The position numbers were made by a program, and so were the translations under genes. Shown piece by piece: positions 19,401-30,976 of a DNA stretch of 64,000 nucleotides. The DNA comes from a virus, in IMG/VR virus record IMGVR_UViG_3300022602_000037; one strand, written 5' to 3'. The notes under the pieces were generated by a model. The model was not told where the DNA came from. It did not search any database and saw only the letters and a program-made list of their open reading frames with translations. Each line of letters starts with the position of its first letter. Positions within the stretch are counted from its first letter, which is position 1.

Positions 19401-22400
19401 TATTTGGAATAATAACTTCAATATTATCTAATGGTATTAATAGTCGAACAACTCCTACATACTCAACAACAGGGCTGGGAGCCAGTATTGTACAAGCACA
19501 AGCGGCTATTTTAGCTAATATACCTTTCATCACAGCAGAAACTAATGCTTGGATAAATGTTCAATATCCAGCTGTTAGCTACAGTGCAACAAGTAGTACA
19601 AGAGATTTAACATACGTTTTAGAAGCAGTTGTTTATGATATCACTTATGGCGGTAATGCGGCTACTACACAAGCGGCTAATCTATATTATGCAAATGGCA
19701 CGAACCAATTAACTACAGGTCTACCTGCTGTTTGTTCGGCTGCTCTGAATCACGCATTAAATGTAACACAAACTGTAATAGCAAATAGTGTTGTAACTCC
19801 AAGTGTAGGTAATTATATTACTACAACAGGTGTAAGTGTAACTGGCGGTTATGCTACTGTTACATTTGCTAATCAAGGCAGTGTGCCATATACTATAAAT
19901 CAAGTAATAACCATACAAGGTATGACGCCTGGTAATTATAACGGTTATTGGACTGTAACTGGTTGTACTGCAACTAGCGTAACATTCGCCATAAGTAGCA
20001 ATTATGGATCACAAACTGTTGCCGGTAAAATTACTACCCAAGTTCAAAATGCTAGTTGGACACTCAGTTCTGGACAAAGTTCAACTGTCAACACATTGTT
20101 TAATATTGTAACCGGTGTTATTAATTCTGGCACATTGGTTACACCTACTTATCCAAGTATTTCTAGCGCCAGCTCATCATTGCAAACAACATTTGGTATC
20201 ATTCAAAATAATGCATATACCATTTCACAAAATGTAGTAAGTTATTTGAGTACAACCTTTGCTGGCGGATTTAGTTATAACCAAGCTACCTGTTATAGAG
20301 ATATTGGATATATTATTGATGCACAAGCTATCGATTTATTAACAGATGGTACATATCAAAGTATCACTGCCGGTAAAAGTTATTACAAGAATGTAAGTGC
20401 CAAATCTATTGCTATTGGAACACAATTAACCGAGACAATAGATGGTATACAGTTTGCTCAACAACTAGCAGTCCAGGTGTTGAATCAAACCACACAGTCT
20501 CGTTATCAATCATTAGTAACACAACAAGTCAATTCAACAATCGTAATTGGAACTAATACTATTACTGGCACAGCTGGTACTACAGTAACACTAGGTACTC
20601 AAATAAGTTTGGCGGAAGGCCAGGCTATTATAACAGGATCCAGTATTAGTACCAGTGGTGGACTTGGACAAAGCACAACATATTATGTGGCAGCGGCTGT
20701 AACAAATTCATTTACTGTAACTTTAGCATCTAGTTATGCAAATGCTATTGCTGGAATTCCTTTAACTTTTAGTACTCTTGCATATAGCACAAATAATGTA
20801 ATCAGTATCACTGCTGTATATAATGCTACAGTAGGTACAAACGTAGCTACTGGATCATATGTAAGCAATACTACAACACAATTGACTTTGACCAGTGTAA
20901 GTGGAACAATAGTACCCGGCATGGTTATTACTGGAGCTGGTTGGACCAACAGCACTCCTGTTACTGTAGTTAGTATAGTCAGCCCAAGTATAGTAATTAT
21001 TAGCGCGGCTCCTGCTGGCACACCTAGCGGAACTGTAACATTAACTGCAACTCCAGTTACAACACTTAACGCCAACATGAATACTATTATTAGTATTATC
21101 AATGGCGGAGTCGGTGCGGCACCAACACCAAGTTTTGGTAGTGGTTACTATACTGTTACATTTAGTAACGGAGGTAATGGATATGTTGACCAAGGCCAAA
21201 GTGGTGACAATCACATTATTCCTGGTAAAATAATAGTTGGCGATAATAGTAGCACCTATGGCCAAATCATTAGTTACACTCCTGGAGTTAGTTCAGCTAA
21301 TGATACTGTTACATTAAATCTAACTCGTCCGGGATTCTTTACATATATTCCAACTACAGCTTCTGGCTCAAGTGGAAGCTCAAATATAACAGTAGCGTCT
21401 ACAACTTATACCAGTCAGTTCAATAGTACCTCAACTATTGTTGTTGGTTTAGGTGTAACAGGAACAAATATACCGTTAGGAGCAACAGTAACGGCTATAA
21501 ATGGAAATGTCATAACACTGAGTTCTCCATTATCTGCAAACATTACTTCGGGCTCTGTAATATTTGGAGAATTGTTAGACTTTGGAGAAACAGTAGCGGA
21601 TCAGAATATTACTGTGTTTGTTGAAAGTGGTATCTATTATGAAGACTATCCATTAAAACTTTCAGCTAACGTAACTATTCGTGGCGATGACTTCCGTCGT
21701 ACAATTATTCGTCCATTGAATCGTATTAGTCAATCACCATGGCGCAATACTTTCTTCTACAGAGATAGTATTATTGACGGTATGCAAATTGGTTTAATTA
21801 ATTTTTCTGGAACTGATTATGCGGCGGCCACAAATTCAACTGCTTCCGTTAGCGGTACTACCGGTAATATACAAATTACACTAGGCACTGGACAAGCAAG
21901 TCCAACTTGGATCGGATATGTAATCTGTGATGCAACTAGCGAAACTGGTACTGCCGGCAAAGCAGTTATTAACACCGTTAGCGGTAATGTCATGAATTGT
22001 ACTGTAGTCTATCCATTTGCCGCGGTTAAAACTTATGCTGCCGGAACATGGCACATGTACAATACATTGAACTATGGACGTCACTATTTGTCTAATCCAT
22101 TGGATATTAACAGTACTCCATTGAATAATAAAAATATTGACGTATTTTTAGTTAACGATGCTACTCGTATCAAATTAATCACTTGTCAAGGACACGGCGG
22201 ATTTATGATGGTACTTGACCCAGAAGGTCAGATCAAGACTAAGTCACCATATGGTCAAGAATCAGCCAGCTTCTCAGGCAGTATTAATCGTCAACGTTTT
22301 GCTGGTGGTCAATTGATTGATGGATTTGCTGGACGCTTATTTGGTACTATCACCGGAGTATCAAACAATGGGTATTCTATAACTGTTACTGGAAGTTTGA

Positions 22401-25400
22401 ATAGCGGTCTAGATGTACGTGCTCCGCAGACTCCTTGCGCATTTTATATACAAGGTAATCGTTATCAGATCAATAATGTTTTAAGCTATAATAGTTCAAC
22501 CTATACTGTGGTATTAGGACTAGACACTAGCACACCGTTCTATCCTAGTGCTGTTTATAGCAATAGCACACTAACAAGTAATATTGCAAGTGCAGTAGAT
22601 GCGGCTGCTTATGACATGGCATTTGGTAGTAACTATCAAAGTATTAAAACTGGTATTACTTTCCTACAACCGGCAAACTCTGTAGTAGGTTTATCATCAT
22701 CGATTGTTACACAAAGTTTCAGTTATATTAATCAGCAAATAGCGGCACTTGGCAATGTTGATAGTGCAGGTCAAACTGCTATCTCTAACAATTTGACAAT
22801 TATTAATAACATTATTATTAATGGTGTTTATGGAAGTACAAGTGGTATTCCGACTGTTGTATTGCCTAATCCCGCCAATGTAACTACCAATGTGGCTAAT
22901 GCTAAATTGTTATTACAGGCAAACAAAGCATTTATACAAGCTGAAGTAGTTGCTCGCGTATCAGCCAACTACAACGTTGCAAGTTATTCTGGATACAGTG
23001 CCTTAACACTATCTAATAATATGGGGTTTGTTATTGATGCAATAACATATGATTTATTATATGGTGGTAATAGTAGTGTATACGATGTAGTGCAGTGGTT
23101 ATACAATTCAACACTTAATACATTGTATACTGCCGCAGTTGGATATGTTAATACCGTGGCCGGACAAGTAATACAAAAAACAACTGTAACACGCAGTAAC
23201 GGCAATACACAACAACAAGTAACCACAGGATACACAGCGGCTACTAGTACAGAGGCAAGCACAATCACTACACTTGTTGCAGTATTGACAGATTATTTCA
23301 GTCACTCTGGTTCATTTAATAGTTCGACTAGAACATTGCCAACTGTTTCAAGTACAACAACTACTAGTTCATTGTCTACCGATTGGACTAATATTGAAGC
23401 GGCAAAAACAAGTATCCAAAGCAATACAATAACCTATGCTAATAATGGTGCAGGCATTGCTATTAACATTGAAATGGGCGGTAACAAGTCAATGTTGGCC
23501 AATGACTTTACACAAATCAACGATTTGGGTTATGGTATTTTGTGTACTAATGCTGGTTTAACTGAACAAGTTTCAACATTTACTTACTATTGCTATACTG
23601 CTTACTGGGCGTTGAACGGCGGACAGATTCGTTCTGTTGCTGGTTCAAACTCAAACGGTGTTTATGGATTACGTGGTACAGGTTCAGACGTTACTGAATT
23701 ACCGAACGCTGTTAATTTATCAAATAACATGCCGCAAAGTGCTCGTGTTTATAAGCAAGGTACATACGCCACTGCTATGACTCCTACAACAACAACGCAG
23801 GCACTTAATGTTTATATCACCAACTGGGAATATGTCCCATACGGTACAAGTGAATTAGAAATTGATCATACACTTGCTGGTGGCGGTATTACTCGTTATG
23901 AAGTTAGCACAGTAAGTCATACAGCAGTTAATGTTAACGGACAAAACGTTCTTAGCTTGACATTAAGTACTAGTGGCGATAATCAAACTAGTACAAACGG
24001 TCTAGCATACGCATTGTATGACGGACAAATTGTAACTATAAGAAACTTAACCAATATTAAATTTTATAATATTAGTAACGTAAAACCAGTACGTCCAAGT
24101 ACTGCTTTACAATATACTAACAATCTTGCTAGTATCTATCGTATTATTAGTTATGGTTTAACAGAAGCCACCGGTGAATCGTTACCGGCTCACCAATCAG
24201 TGTTAACCATGGATAGTTCATTTGCATATTATAAGTTTGTTGTTGATACTTCAAACATGTTTAATGCCGATCCAACTGTTTATGTAACATCAGGTACTGT
24301 TGCATTAAGCCCAGCAAGTTCAATCAGCACAACACTTTATGTTGTAACTAGTTCATTGACTGGTGGTGCTCCAAGCATTGGACAATATGTCGGCGGTTAT
24401 GGATTTATAAACACAACTGTAACTAATGTTACTACTAGCGGTGCCAATACTGTTATCACACTCAGTGTTGCACCAACTATTGCTCCTATTGGAACTGTTT
24501 GGTTCTCTACTTCTACCATGGGCGGATTAGTTGGCGATAATAAAATTGCTGTTCTAACTATCAGCGATAGCGCAACAATAAGTCAATTAAATTTAGGTAG
24601 TTATATTTTCAGTTGGAATGGACGTACACATCGTATTATCAAATATGTAACTCCGTCTTCTATTGCCAGCGGAACATATAGTCCAACAAGTGGTCCAATA
24701 TTTAATATAACATCAGGCACTAGTATTAGTTCTGCCGCTAGTTATACAGGAGTTGCTCAAACATCAACATCTGGTTCAGGCACTGGCGCAGTATTCACAA
24801 TAACTAAAACAGGAAATGGAACTAGCTATTCTGGTGCAACTACTATAACTGCAACCACATTAGGTTCAGGGTACGCAATAGGCGATACTATTACAATAGC
24901 AGGTGCTAATCTAGGAGGTTCGACTCCTGCTAACAATCTTGTATTCACTATCACCGGATACACATTAGTAGTTACAGGACTAGCAGGAACTATCACAGCT
25001 AACGAGCCAGTTACTGGTACTGGTTTTAACGGCACTCAATTAATTTCTGGAACTCCTGTTCTTACTACCTCTCCTGGTTCAAGTAGCATCACAGCTACAG
25101 TATCATTGAGCATATATCCAGTAAGTCAGCCTAGTGGAACTATAACATTTGGTGGTGCGGCAGTTAACGGTTATTTACAGATAGATCCAAATCCAGTAAT
25201 GAACATAAGTTCAGTAGGTGTAGGTACAAATGCCATGACTTATCAAAGCAATGTTTTGGTAACTGGCAGCAATACACAAAAGGTTATTACATTTAATATA
25301 CCTTATAATACTTTATATTCATACCCTCCAGTTGATAGTACATTATCTGTAAGCGGAAATAGCAACAGCAAATATAACGGCAATTTCCAAGTAGCTAGTG

Positions 25401-28400
25401 TGGTTAATACTAGCCAATTAACTGTTGCTTCAACAGCATTACTACAAGTTGGCATGATTATTAGTACTAGCACAACAGGTTCGTTTGTTGAAACAACTAG
25501 TACTAATCCAACTGGTACGACGATTATTCAAAGTATTGATAGTACGACACAATTTACAGTATCACCTGCTGTTTGGGCTCCTGCTGGGACTAGTATTTCA
25601 GCTATCTTAGTAGCGGTGGTATCTAGTATTACTATCACAAATGCTGGTAGCAATTATACTTCTGCTCCTATACTTACATTCAGTGGTGGCGGTGCAACTA
25701 GTCAAGCATTGGCTACCTGTACTATTTCTAATGGTAGTATTAGTACTGTTACACTTGTAAGTCCAGGTTATGGTTATACTAGCACTCCGACTATCACTAT
25801 TAGTGGTAATAGCGGAAGTGCATATAATACTACTACTGGTACTAACATTATTACATTAAATTCTAGTGCTAATCTACAGGTTAATCAAATTATCATATTT
25901 GGTGGATCAGTATTTGGTAATATTCAAGCTGGTGTACAATATTATATTGCAACTATTAATGGTAATCAAATTACAATCAGTGCAAGTTCAGGTGGCGTTG
26001 GTCTAATATCTTTGACCACTGCTAGCGGTCCTAGCATGACTTGGTATACACCTGGAAATGCTATATTAACTCCAGTGCTAACCAATAGTCCAACAGTAGT
26101 TACTACAGTTGTTTCGGGCGTCGACAATCTACAATTAGGTTTAGTATATCCAACCGATCCTGGAACAAGCGGTAGTGTTACTACAACTACTAATGCTACT
26201 GCATCAATTACATCTAGCACAATTAGTAGTGGCGGTGTATTAACTGTTGGTACTGTCGGTAGCGGTACTGTTGCAGTTGGTATGATATTAACTGGTGGAC
26301 CTTCGAGTGGATCTGGTATTGCTCAGATTAGTTCTTATGCTACAACAGCAACTAGTGGTAACGGAACTACTGCAACTATTACATTTGCGGCGCAGTCCTT
26401 TGTGCCTTATGCAGTAGGTCAGACAATTTTTGTATCAGGTGTAACTCCAACAGGCTATAATGGAACTTATGTAGTCACTGCGGCAACAACAAGTTCTGTA
26501 AGTTATTCTAACACAACAACTGGCAGTCAAACTATTGCTGGTACGGTTGCAAGTACTGTTTACACTTATATTACTTCTAATATTAGTGGTAGCGGCAACG
26601 GCTCTACCTGGCAAACTGCAACAAGCCAAGGTAATAATTTTGCTGTTACTTCTTCTTCGATAACAGGTACTAATAATTTATTAGCACTAAGTACTGTTTC
26701 AAATATATCTGTTGGTAATACAATTACATTTGCTGGCACTACATTTGGTGGAGTTAGTGTAACCACTGTGACTGCTGGTAGTTTTGTTGTAGGTCAAACA
26801 TATACTATAACAAGCGTAGGTACTGCTTCAAGTACTACAACTGTTACAAACTTTACATCAATTGGTGCTGCCAACAACAACGTTGGTACAGTATTTACAG
26901 CAACAGGTGCTGGTAGCGGAAGCGGTCAAGCACTAGTGACATATTATATTACTGAAGTAGTCGGTAGTTCTGTAGCTATTGCTCCGGCTAAAGGTAGTGC
27001 TAATACAACATTAACAACAGCATCTGGTGCTACCTTAACATTCTATACTCCAAGTTATGGTTTTGGTACTAGCTATACAGCAACTACATTTAGTAGTGTA
27101 AGCGGTACTGGACCATACCTAGTAACCTTGAATATTCCTACTACTACTGCTCCGTCGACTAGTGTTTACTACTATGTCAGCGGTAATAGTAATGCTTTAT
27201 ACAATGGTTATTGGCAAGCTACTACTAGTTCGACAACCAGTATTACATTAAGTTATCCATATAACCCAGGTACTTATGGAGTTGGTTCTATAACAACAAT
27301 AACTAGAGAATCAACAAGTAGCACAAGTTCAAGCCTAGGTATTAGTAAACCATTTAACCCTAGCACAAGCACAACATTACGTATAGGATATCCTGCCACT
27401 GGCGGTGCTCAGATTACTGTTCGTATTAGTACTTGCCGTGCTACAGGACATGACTTCTTAGATATCGGTACTGGTGGATTTATTACTAGTAACTATCCAA
27501 ATCAAATTTATGGTAATGCGGCTATAGCTTCTAATGACGCTAATGATGTTGTTGAAGAAACTACAGGTCGTGTGTTCCATGTGTCTACAGACCAAAACGG
27601 TATCTTCCGTGTAGGTCGTTTCTTCAAAGTTGACCAAGGTACTGGTACTGTTACATTCTCAGCGTCTATTGCGTTAAGTAACCTAGACGGTCTAGGATTT
27701 AAGCGTGGTGTTGTTGTAAGTGAATTCTCAACAGATCCTTACATGACAGGCAATGCGGCAGATAGTGTTCCAGTTCAATCTGCTGTTAGAAGCTTTATTG
27801 ATTATCGTTTAGGATTAGACTACGGTGGTAATCCAGTTGCTACAAGTAGTTTAATTGGTCCAGGATACTTGGCACTAAATGGTGTCTTAGGTATGAAAGG
27901 CAACTTGAATATGGCAAGTTATCAAATTGGTAACTTGACTATGCCTAATAGTGCTATTACACCTTATGATGCGGCTAATAGAGGTTATGTAGATGTAAAC
28001 GCAAGTGCGCTGAATAATTTATTCAAACTAAATGACCAAGCTATTGGTGCAGTTGCAACATTTGTAAGTTTCAGTAGTACAGGTAATACTGTTACATTGT
28101 CGGGTGTTTTTGGTACTATACTAGTTGGTATGGTTATCAATGGCACTGGATTTACAGGTGGACAGATTGTAACTAGTGTTAATATTACAGCAGGTGCTAC
28201 ACAGTCGGTGGGCGGTAGCGGTACTGTTACTCTAAACAACACCTATAATACAAGCCCAAGTGGCACAATGACATTTAATAACCTAAATAATGGTAATTTA
28301 CATGTATACGATGGTGTTTATGGACAATGGACTAATGTTCCTTTACCAACTACAACTGCTAATGGCAATCAAATTGGTATCACATATACACATGGCACTC

Positions 28401-30250
28401 CTGGATATTTTACAGCAACTATTTTATCTGGAGTTGTAGTTAACTCTGCCGTAAGTGCCAGTGCAGGTATTGCACAAAGTAAATTAGCATTACAAGCGGC
28501 AACTGCCCAACCGTCAGGTCAAAGCTCGTATCAACAAAGTACACTTGGTTTGAGTAGTTTCAATAATCAAGTGTTTACTTCGACTAATGGTTGGATTAAC
28601 CTAGCTCAATCCGCTAGTGTGCAAACAGGGTATGTATCTGGAGGAACTTCAGGAACAAGTACAACAATGGTTGTTGTTAGTACAAATAACATTGTGCCTG
28701 GAATGGTAGTATCTGGTATTGGATTTACCAGTAGTACTCAAGTTGTTCTAAGTGTAACTAACTCAACCACTCTTGTTTTAAGTGCAGTAGCTGACGGAAT
28801 TCCAAGCGGTACATTAACATTCGCCAATAGCGGTATAGGTCTTCCATACTTGCAACAAATTGGCACTGGTTATGTATTAGGTAATTTGAGCGGATCTAGT
28901 TCAAGCCCAACAACGATTACTCCAGGAGCTGTAGTAAGTGCTGGAGATGGTTTGAAGAATGCCTTGTTTAGTGTTACAAATTCAGTAACAAGCAATGTCA
29001 ATTCTGCGGCAATGTTGGTGTTGTATGACGGTATTACTACAGCCGATAATACGTATGGCGTTATCGGTATAACAACAAGTGGGTCGGCTAATAAATTAGT
29101 TAAAACTGGTTCAGACGGATCTTTAAGTGCGGCATTATTAAACATTGGTGGCTATAAGGCTATTAGCTCGGCTGGTAGTACAATTAGTTACTTTACTCCT
29201 GGTCAATTTACATTTATGACCAGTCAGGACGTTAGCGGTAGTGCAACAACTACTATCAGCGGTGTGTTAAATGCGTCTGGGACTTTAATATCAACTACAC
29301 TTGAAACAGGTGCTAGTGTAAGCACTCCGGGTACTATGACTGGACAATGGAGTTTAGGTGCGTTAAGTTCATTTAACTTTAGTGCTGGTACTTTACAAAG
29401 TAATAATTTAACTGCTGGTAGTTCCAGCACAGCTGGTACATTTACTGGTGCATGGACATTCAGTCAGGCGTTGACTACAAATGGTATAACCAATACTGGA
29501 AATATTACTAGCAACGGAACAAATAGTGCTACTTTCTACGGTAGTGGAAGTGTTGGGGGAAGTAGCGGAGTAGGGCCATATGTTTACACTCCTAGCGGTT
29601 CTGGTACTGGTGCTATTATGGCATTCCATAGAGCAGGATCTTATGCAATCAACATGGGTCTTGATTCAGATAATGTATTACGCATAGGTGGCTGGAGTGA
29701 TGGTGCTAATACTTATCGATTGCAATTAGATGCATCGGGCAACTTGACTACTCGAGGAACCCACTACACTGGTGGGGTACAAACTACAGTTATTACTACT
29801 GGTGATCCTTATACAGCTGGTACTATAACTGGTGCTTGGACATTAACCGCAAATAGCACACTAAATGCTACATGGGCTGACTTGGCAGAGTACTATGAAG
29901 GCGATCAAGACTACGAACCAGGAACTGTATTGGTGTTTGGTGGAGATAAAGAAGTTACTACAACTACCGTTATCAATGATACTCGCAGTGCCGGTGTAGT
30001 AACAACTAATCCAGCGTATGTAATGAACGCAGAACAAACTGGTATTAAAGTTTGTATTGCACTGGCGGGACGAGTTCCAGTTAAGGTAGTGGGTCGGGTT
30101 AAGAAGGGAGACATGTTAACAACAAGTGCAACTCCTGGATATGCTGTTAAAGCATTGACACCAACACTTGGTGCTGTAATTGGTAAAGCATTAGAAGATA
30201 AAGACTACGGCGAAGCCGGAGTTATCCAAGTAGCCGTAGGGAGAGTATAA
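16451..30250 (+). CDS. giant (4599 aa) tail fibre / baseplate-anchored virion protein
   Basis: N-terminal IG..NDGTGD.IR..F.KVNANF motif like T4 gp9/gp10; Thr/Ser/Gly-rich beta repeats; helical repeats; C-terminal ADLAEYY..D..YEPGTV chaperone/peptidase-like domain. Confidence 0.85.
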   Translation: MTQQIIDIGIQGNDGTGDSIRESFNKVNANFTEIYAIFGAGGSIKFGNLADAPGNSTFSVVSATGNGSIATINFTNPNPGLGLPFSIGQNIIVTGNIPTSYNGNYIVTNATTTSVTFTSSGSGALTQTGKIAGSSYSANQIIMASTTGSSLTARNVVGGNGITIDASNNQQLVINSNSGGLITDPQPTLGTHMNADAFIIGNLADPDPSLVSQFNAVFASKGYTTTLGQMAVTVNYANNHYLQVTNGQIVGPLRVRAMPSVAQTTDPDYNASLTGNYVATEAIQRQHAVLRDGDTMTGLLELSDHPGSMAGYGIRNGNDDLQAATKFYVDNNTHYSNVNLYVSTGGDDTQRNTPPGREGRAPQYAYKSVGAALLQAQNLINLAFSEPGPYRQTIAYTIGPTLYTSSITGVTFSGGNSAVQGYLDAASLLEANKSFIQAETIAYLNNKYVNAFTFDKTRYANIMSNIVNGIAYDLALGTTFNSTTQASILFDGYNADVSGNLTTILAAIKNASQQITNYSYSSTNLQNYLTSVINAVCYDLEFNSNYQSIQVALGFNYANTGIETTPSIINTPATATSGTATGSSCTISGTTMIVGGTVVGYFAVGMTLSGAGILNGTTIIALGTGTGGAGSYTISSSYGTALSDIKVTGVNNTVTVGSTQGMVVNAAIVFTGTSFGNIVPGNTYYITSIVDSTHITISSSYGGSNYSLTTATGSLEANTTAPSEIVGILTNLGTQISALSAVATSSTISSSIETILANIGNIIVTGSVPNPTFPPVVSNTGLTSAVNLLLNNISFIQAEVIAYLLANYPTVTYNKTTCQRDVKYIVWALCYDLTYGGNSQSIHAGLQYWINAVLQIASYEQAATVSAIGYIGVIAQNIVQNQTPVKLYQTGVIQYENSTLSGGSVATSSIAANITTIQSIVGSSSQLSPTVVAPTTSSVSTTLATAVSAIKANTTTLESNAISFVNNNFPIINNTLQQTTINTLFGIITSILSNGINSRTTPTYSTTGLGASIVQAQAAILANIPFITAETNAWINVQYPAVSYSATSSTRDLTYVLEAVVYDITYGGNAATTQAANLYYANGTNQLTTGLPAVCSAALNHALNVTQTVIANSVVTPSVGNYITTTGVSVTGGYATVTFANQGSVPYTINQVITIQGMTPGNYNGYWTVTGCTATSVTFAISSNYGSQTVAGKITTQVQNASWTLSSGQSSTVNTLFNIVTGVINSGTLVTPTYPSISSASSSLQTTFGIIQNNAYTISQNVVSYLSTTFAGGFSYNQATCYRDIGYIIDAQAIDLLTDGTYQSITAGKSYYKNVSAKSIAIGTQLTETIDGIQFAQQLAVQVLNQTTQSRYQSLVTQQVNSTIVIGTNTITGTAGTTVTLGTQISLAEGQAIITGSSISTSGGLGQSTTYYVAAAVTNSFTVTLASSYANAIAGIPLTFSTLAYSTNNVISITAVYNATVGTNVATGSYVSNTTTQLTLTSVSGTIVPGMVITGAGWTNSTPVTVVSIVSPSIVIISAAPAGTPSGTVTLTATPVTTLNANMNTIISIINGGVGAAPTPSFGSGYYTVTFSNGGNGYVDQGQSGDNHIIPGKIIVGDNSSTYGQIISYTPGVSSANDTVTLNLTRPGFFTYIPTTASGSSGSSNITVASTTYTSQFNSTSTIVVGLGVTGTNIPLGATVTAINGNVITLSSPLSANITSGSVIFGELLDFGETVADQNITVFVESGIYYEDYPLKLSANVTIRGDDFRRTIIRPLNRISQSPWRNTFFYRDSIIDGMQIGLINFSGTDYAAATNSTASVSGTTGNIQITLGTGQASPTWIGYVICDATSETGTAGKAVINTVSGNVMNCTVVYPFAAVKTYAAGTWHMYNTLNYGRHYLSNPLDINSTPLNNKNIDVFLVNDATRIKLITCQGHGGFMMVLDPEGQIKTKSPYGQESASFSGSINRQRFAGGQLIDGFAGRLFGTITGVSNNGYSITVTGSLNSGLDVRAPQTPCAFYIQGNRYQINNVLSYNSSTYTVVLGLDTSTPFYPSAVYSNSTLTSNIASAVDAAAYDMAFGSNYQSIKTGITFLQPANSVVGLSSSIVTQSFSYINQQIAALGNVDSAGQTAISNNLTIINNIIINGVYGSTSGIPTVVLPNPANVTTNVANAKLLLQANKAFIQAEVVARVSANYNVASYSGYSALTLSNNMGFVIDAITYDLLYGGNSSVYDVVQWLYNSTLNTLYTAAVGYVNTVAGQVIQKTTVTRSNGNTQQQVTTGYTAATSTEASTITTLVAVLTDYFSHSGSFNSSTRTLPTVSSTTTTSSLSTDWTNIEAAKTSIQSNTITYANNGAGIAINIEMGGNKSMLANDFTQINDLGYGILCTNAGLTEQVSTFTYYCYTAYWALNGGQIRSVAGSNSNGVYGLRGTGSDVTELPNAVNLSNNMPQSARVYKQGTYATAMTPTTTTQALNVYITNWEYVPYGTSELEIDHTLAGGGITRYEVSTVSHTAVNVNGQNVLSLTLSTSGDNQTSTNGLAYALYDGQIVTIRNLTNIKFYNISNVKPVRPSTALQYTNNLASIYRIISYGLTEATGESLPAHQSVLTMDSSFAYYKFVVDTSNMFNADPTVYVTSGTVALSPASSISTTLYVVTSSLTGGAPSIGQYVGGYGFINTTVTNVTTSGANTVITLSVAPTIAPIGTVWFSTSTMGGLVGDNKIAVLTISDSATISQLNLGSYIFSWNGRTHRIIKYVTPSSIASGTYSPTSGPIFNITSGTSISSAASYTGVAQTSTSGSGTGAVFTITKTGNGTSYSGATTITATTLGSGYAIGDTITIAGANLGGSTPANNLVFTITGYTLVVTGLAGTITANEPVTGTGFNGTQLISGTPVLTTSPGSSSITATVSLSIYPVSQPSGTITFGGAAVNGYLQIDPNPVMNISSVGVGTNAMTYQSNVLVTGSNTQKVITFNIPYNTLYSYPPVDSTLSVSGNSNSKYNGNFQVASVVNTSQLTVASTALLQVGMIISTSTTGSFVETTSTNPTGTTIIQSIDSTTQFTVSPAVWAPAGTSISAILVAVVSSITITNAGSNYTSAPILTFSGGGATSQALATCTISNGSISTVTLVSPGYGYTSTPTITISGNSGSAYNTTTGTNIITLNSSANLQVNQIIIFGGSVFGNIQAGVQYYIATINGNQITISASSGGVGLISLTTASGPSMTWYTPGNAILTPVLTNSPTVVTTVVSGVDNLQLGLVYPTDPGTSGSVTTTTNATASITSSTISSGGVLTVGTVGSGTVAVGMILTGGPSSGSGIAQISSYATTATSGNGTTATITFAAQSFVPYAVGQTIFVSGVTPTGYNGTYVVTAATTSSVSYSNTTTGSQTIAGTVASTVYTYITSNISGSGNGSTWQTATSQGNNFAVTSSSITGTNNLLALSTVSNISVGNTITFAGTTFGGVSVTTVTAGSFVVGQTYTITSVGTASSTTTVTNFTSIGAANNNVGTVFTATGAGSGSGQALVTYYITEVVGSSVAIAPAKGSANTTLTTASGATLTFYTPSYGFGTSYTATTFSSVSGTGPYLVTLNIPTTTAPSTSVYYYVSGNSNALYNGYWQATTSSTTSITLSYPYNPGTYGVGSITTITRESTSSTSSSLGISKPFNPSTSTTLRIGYPATGGAQITVRISTCRATGHDFLDIGTGGFITSNYPNQIYGNAAIASNDANDVVEETTGRVFHVSTDQNGIFRVGRFFKVDQGTGTVTFSASIALSNLDGLGFKRGVVVSEFSTDPYMTGNAADSVPVQSAVRSFIDYRLGLDYGGNPVATSSLIGPGYLALNGVLGMKGNLNMASYQIGNLTMPNSAITPYDAANRGYVDVNASALNNLFKLNDQAIGAVATFVSFSSTGNTVTLSGVFGTILVGMVINGTGFTGGQIVTSVNITAGATQSVGGSGTVTLNNTYNTSPSGTMTFNNLNNGNLHVYDGVYGQWTNVPLPTTTANGNQIGITYTHGTPGYFTATILSGVVVNSAVSASAGIAQSKLALQAATAQPSGQSSYQQSTLGLSSFNNQVFTSTNGWINLAQSASVQTGYVSGGTSGTSTTMVVVSTNNIVPGMVVSGIGFTSSTQVVLSVTNSTTLVLSAVADGIPSGTLTFANSGIGLPYLQQIGTGYVLGNLSGSSSSPTTITPGAVVSAGDGLKNALFSVTNSVTSNVNSAAMLVLYDGITTADNTYGVIGITTSGSANKLVKTGSDGSLSAALLNIGGYKAISSAGSTISYFTPGQFTFMTSQDVSGSATTTISGVLNASGTLISTTLETGASVSTPGTMTGQWSLGALSSFNFSAGTLQSNNLTAGSSSTAGTFTGAWTFSQALTTNGITNTGNITSNGTNSATFYGSGSVGGSSGVGPYVYTPSGSGTGAIMAFHRAGSYAINMGLDSDNVLRIGGWSDGANTYRLQLDASGNLTTRGTHYTGGVQTTVITTGDPYTAGTITGAWTLTANSTLNATWADLAEYYEGDQDYEPGTVLVFGGDKEVTTTTVINDTRSAGVVTTNPAYVMNAEQTGIKVCIALAGRVPVKVVGRVKKGDMLTTSATPGYAVKALTPTLGAVIGKALEDKDYGEAGVIQVAVGRV

Positions 30251-30450
30251 TGACTCAACAAACTATCAACGTAGGTGCAACTGCAAACGATGCGACTGGG
30301 GATCCTATTCGCACCGCATTTACAAAAGTAAATGCAAACTTTACAGAATTGTACGCCAATCCAGATTATATCAGTAAAGCTAGTCTACAAGCCATTGTTG
30401 CGGCAAGTTCTAGCTTTTCGGACTTCCAATCAAGGATAGCCGCGCTATAA
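30250..30450 (+). CDS. short protein, mainly the gp9/gp10-like anchor motif
   Basis: [29 protein letters not shown]. Confidence 0.75.
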   Translation: MTQQTINVGATANDATGDPIRTAFTKVNANFTELYANPDYISKASLQAIVAASSSFSDFQSRIAAL

Positions 30451-30456
30451 CGGTAA

Positions 30457-30960
<504 letters not shown>

Positions 30961-30976
30961 GGTAGGAGAATATTAA

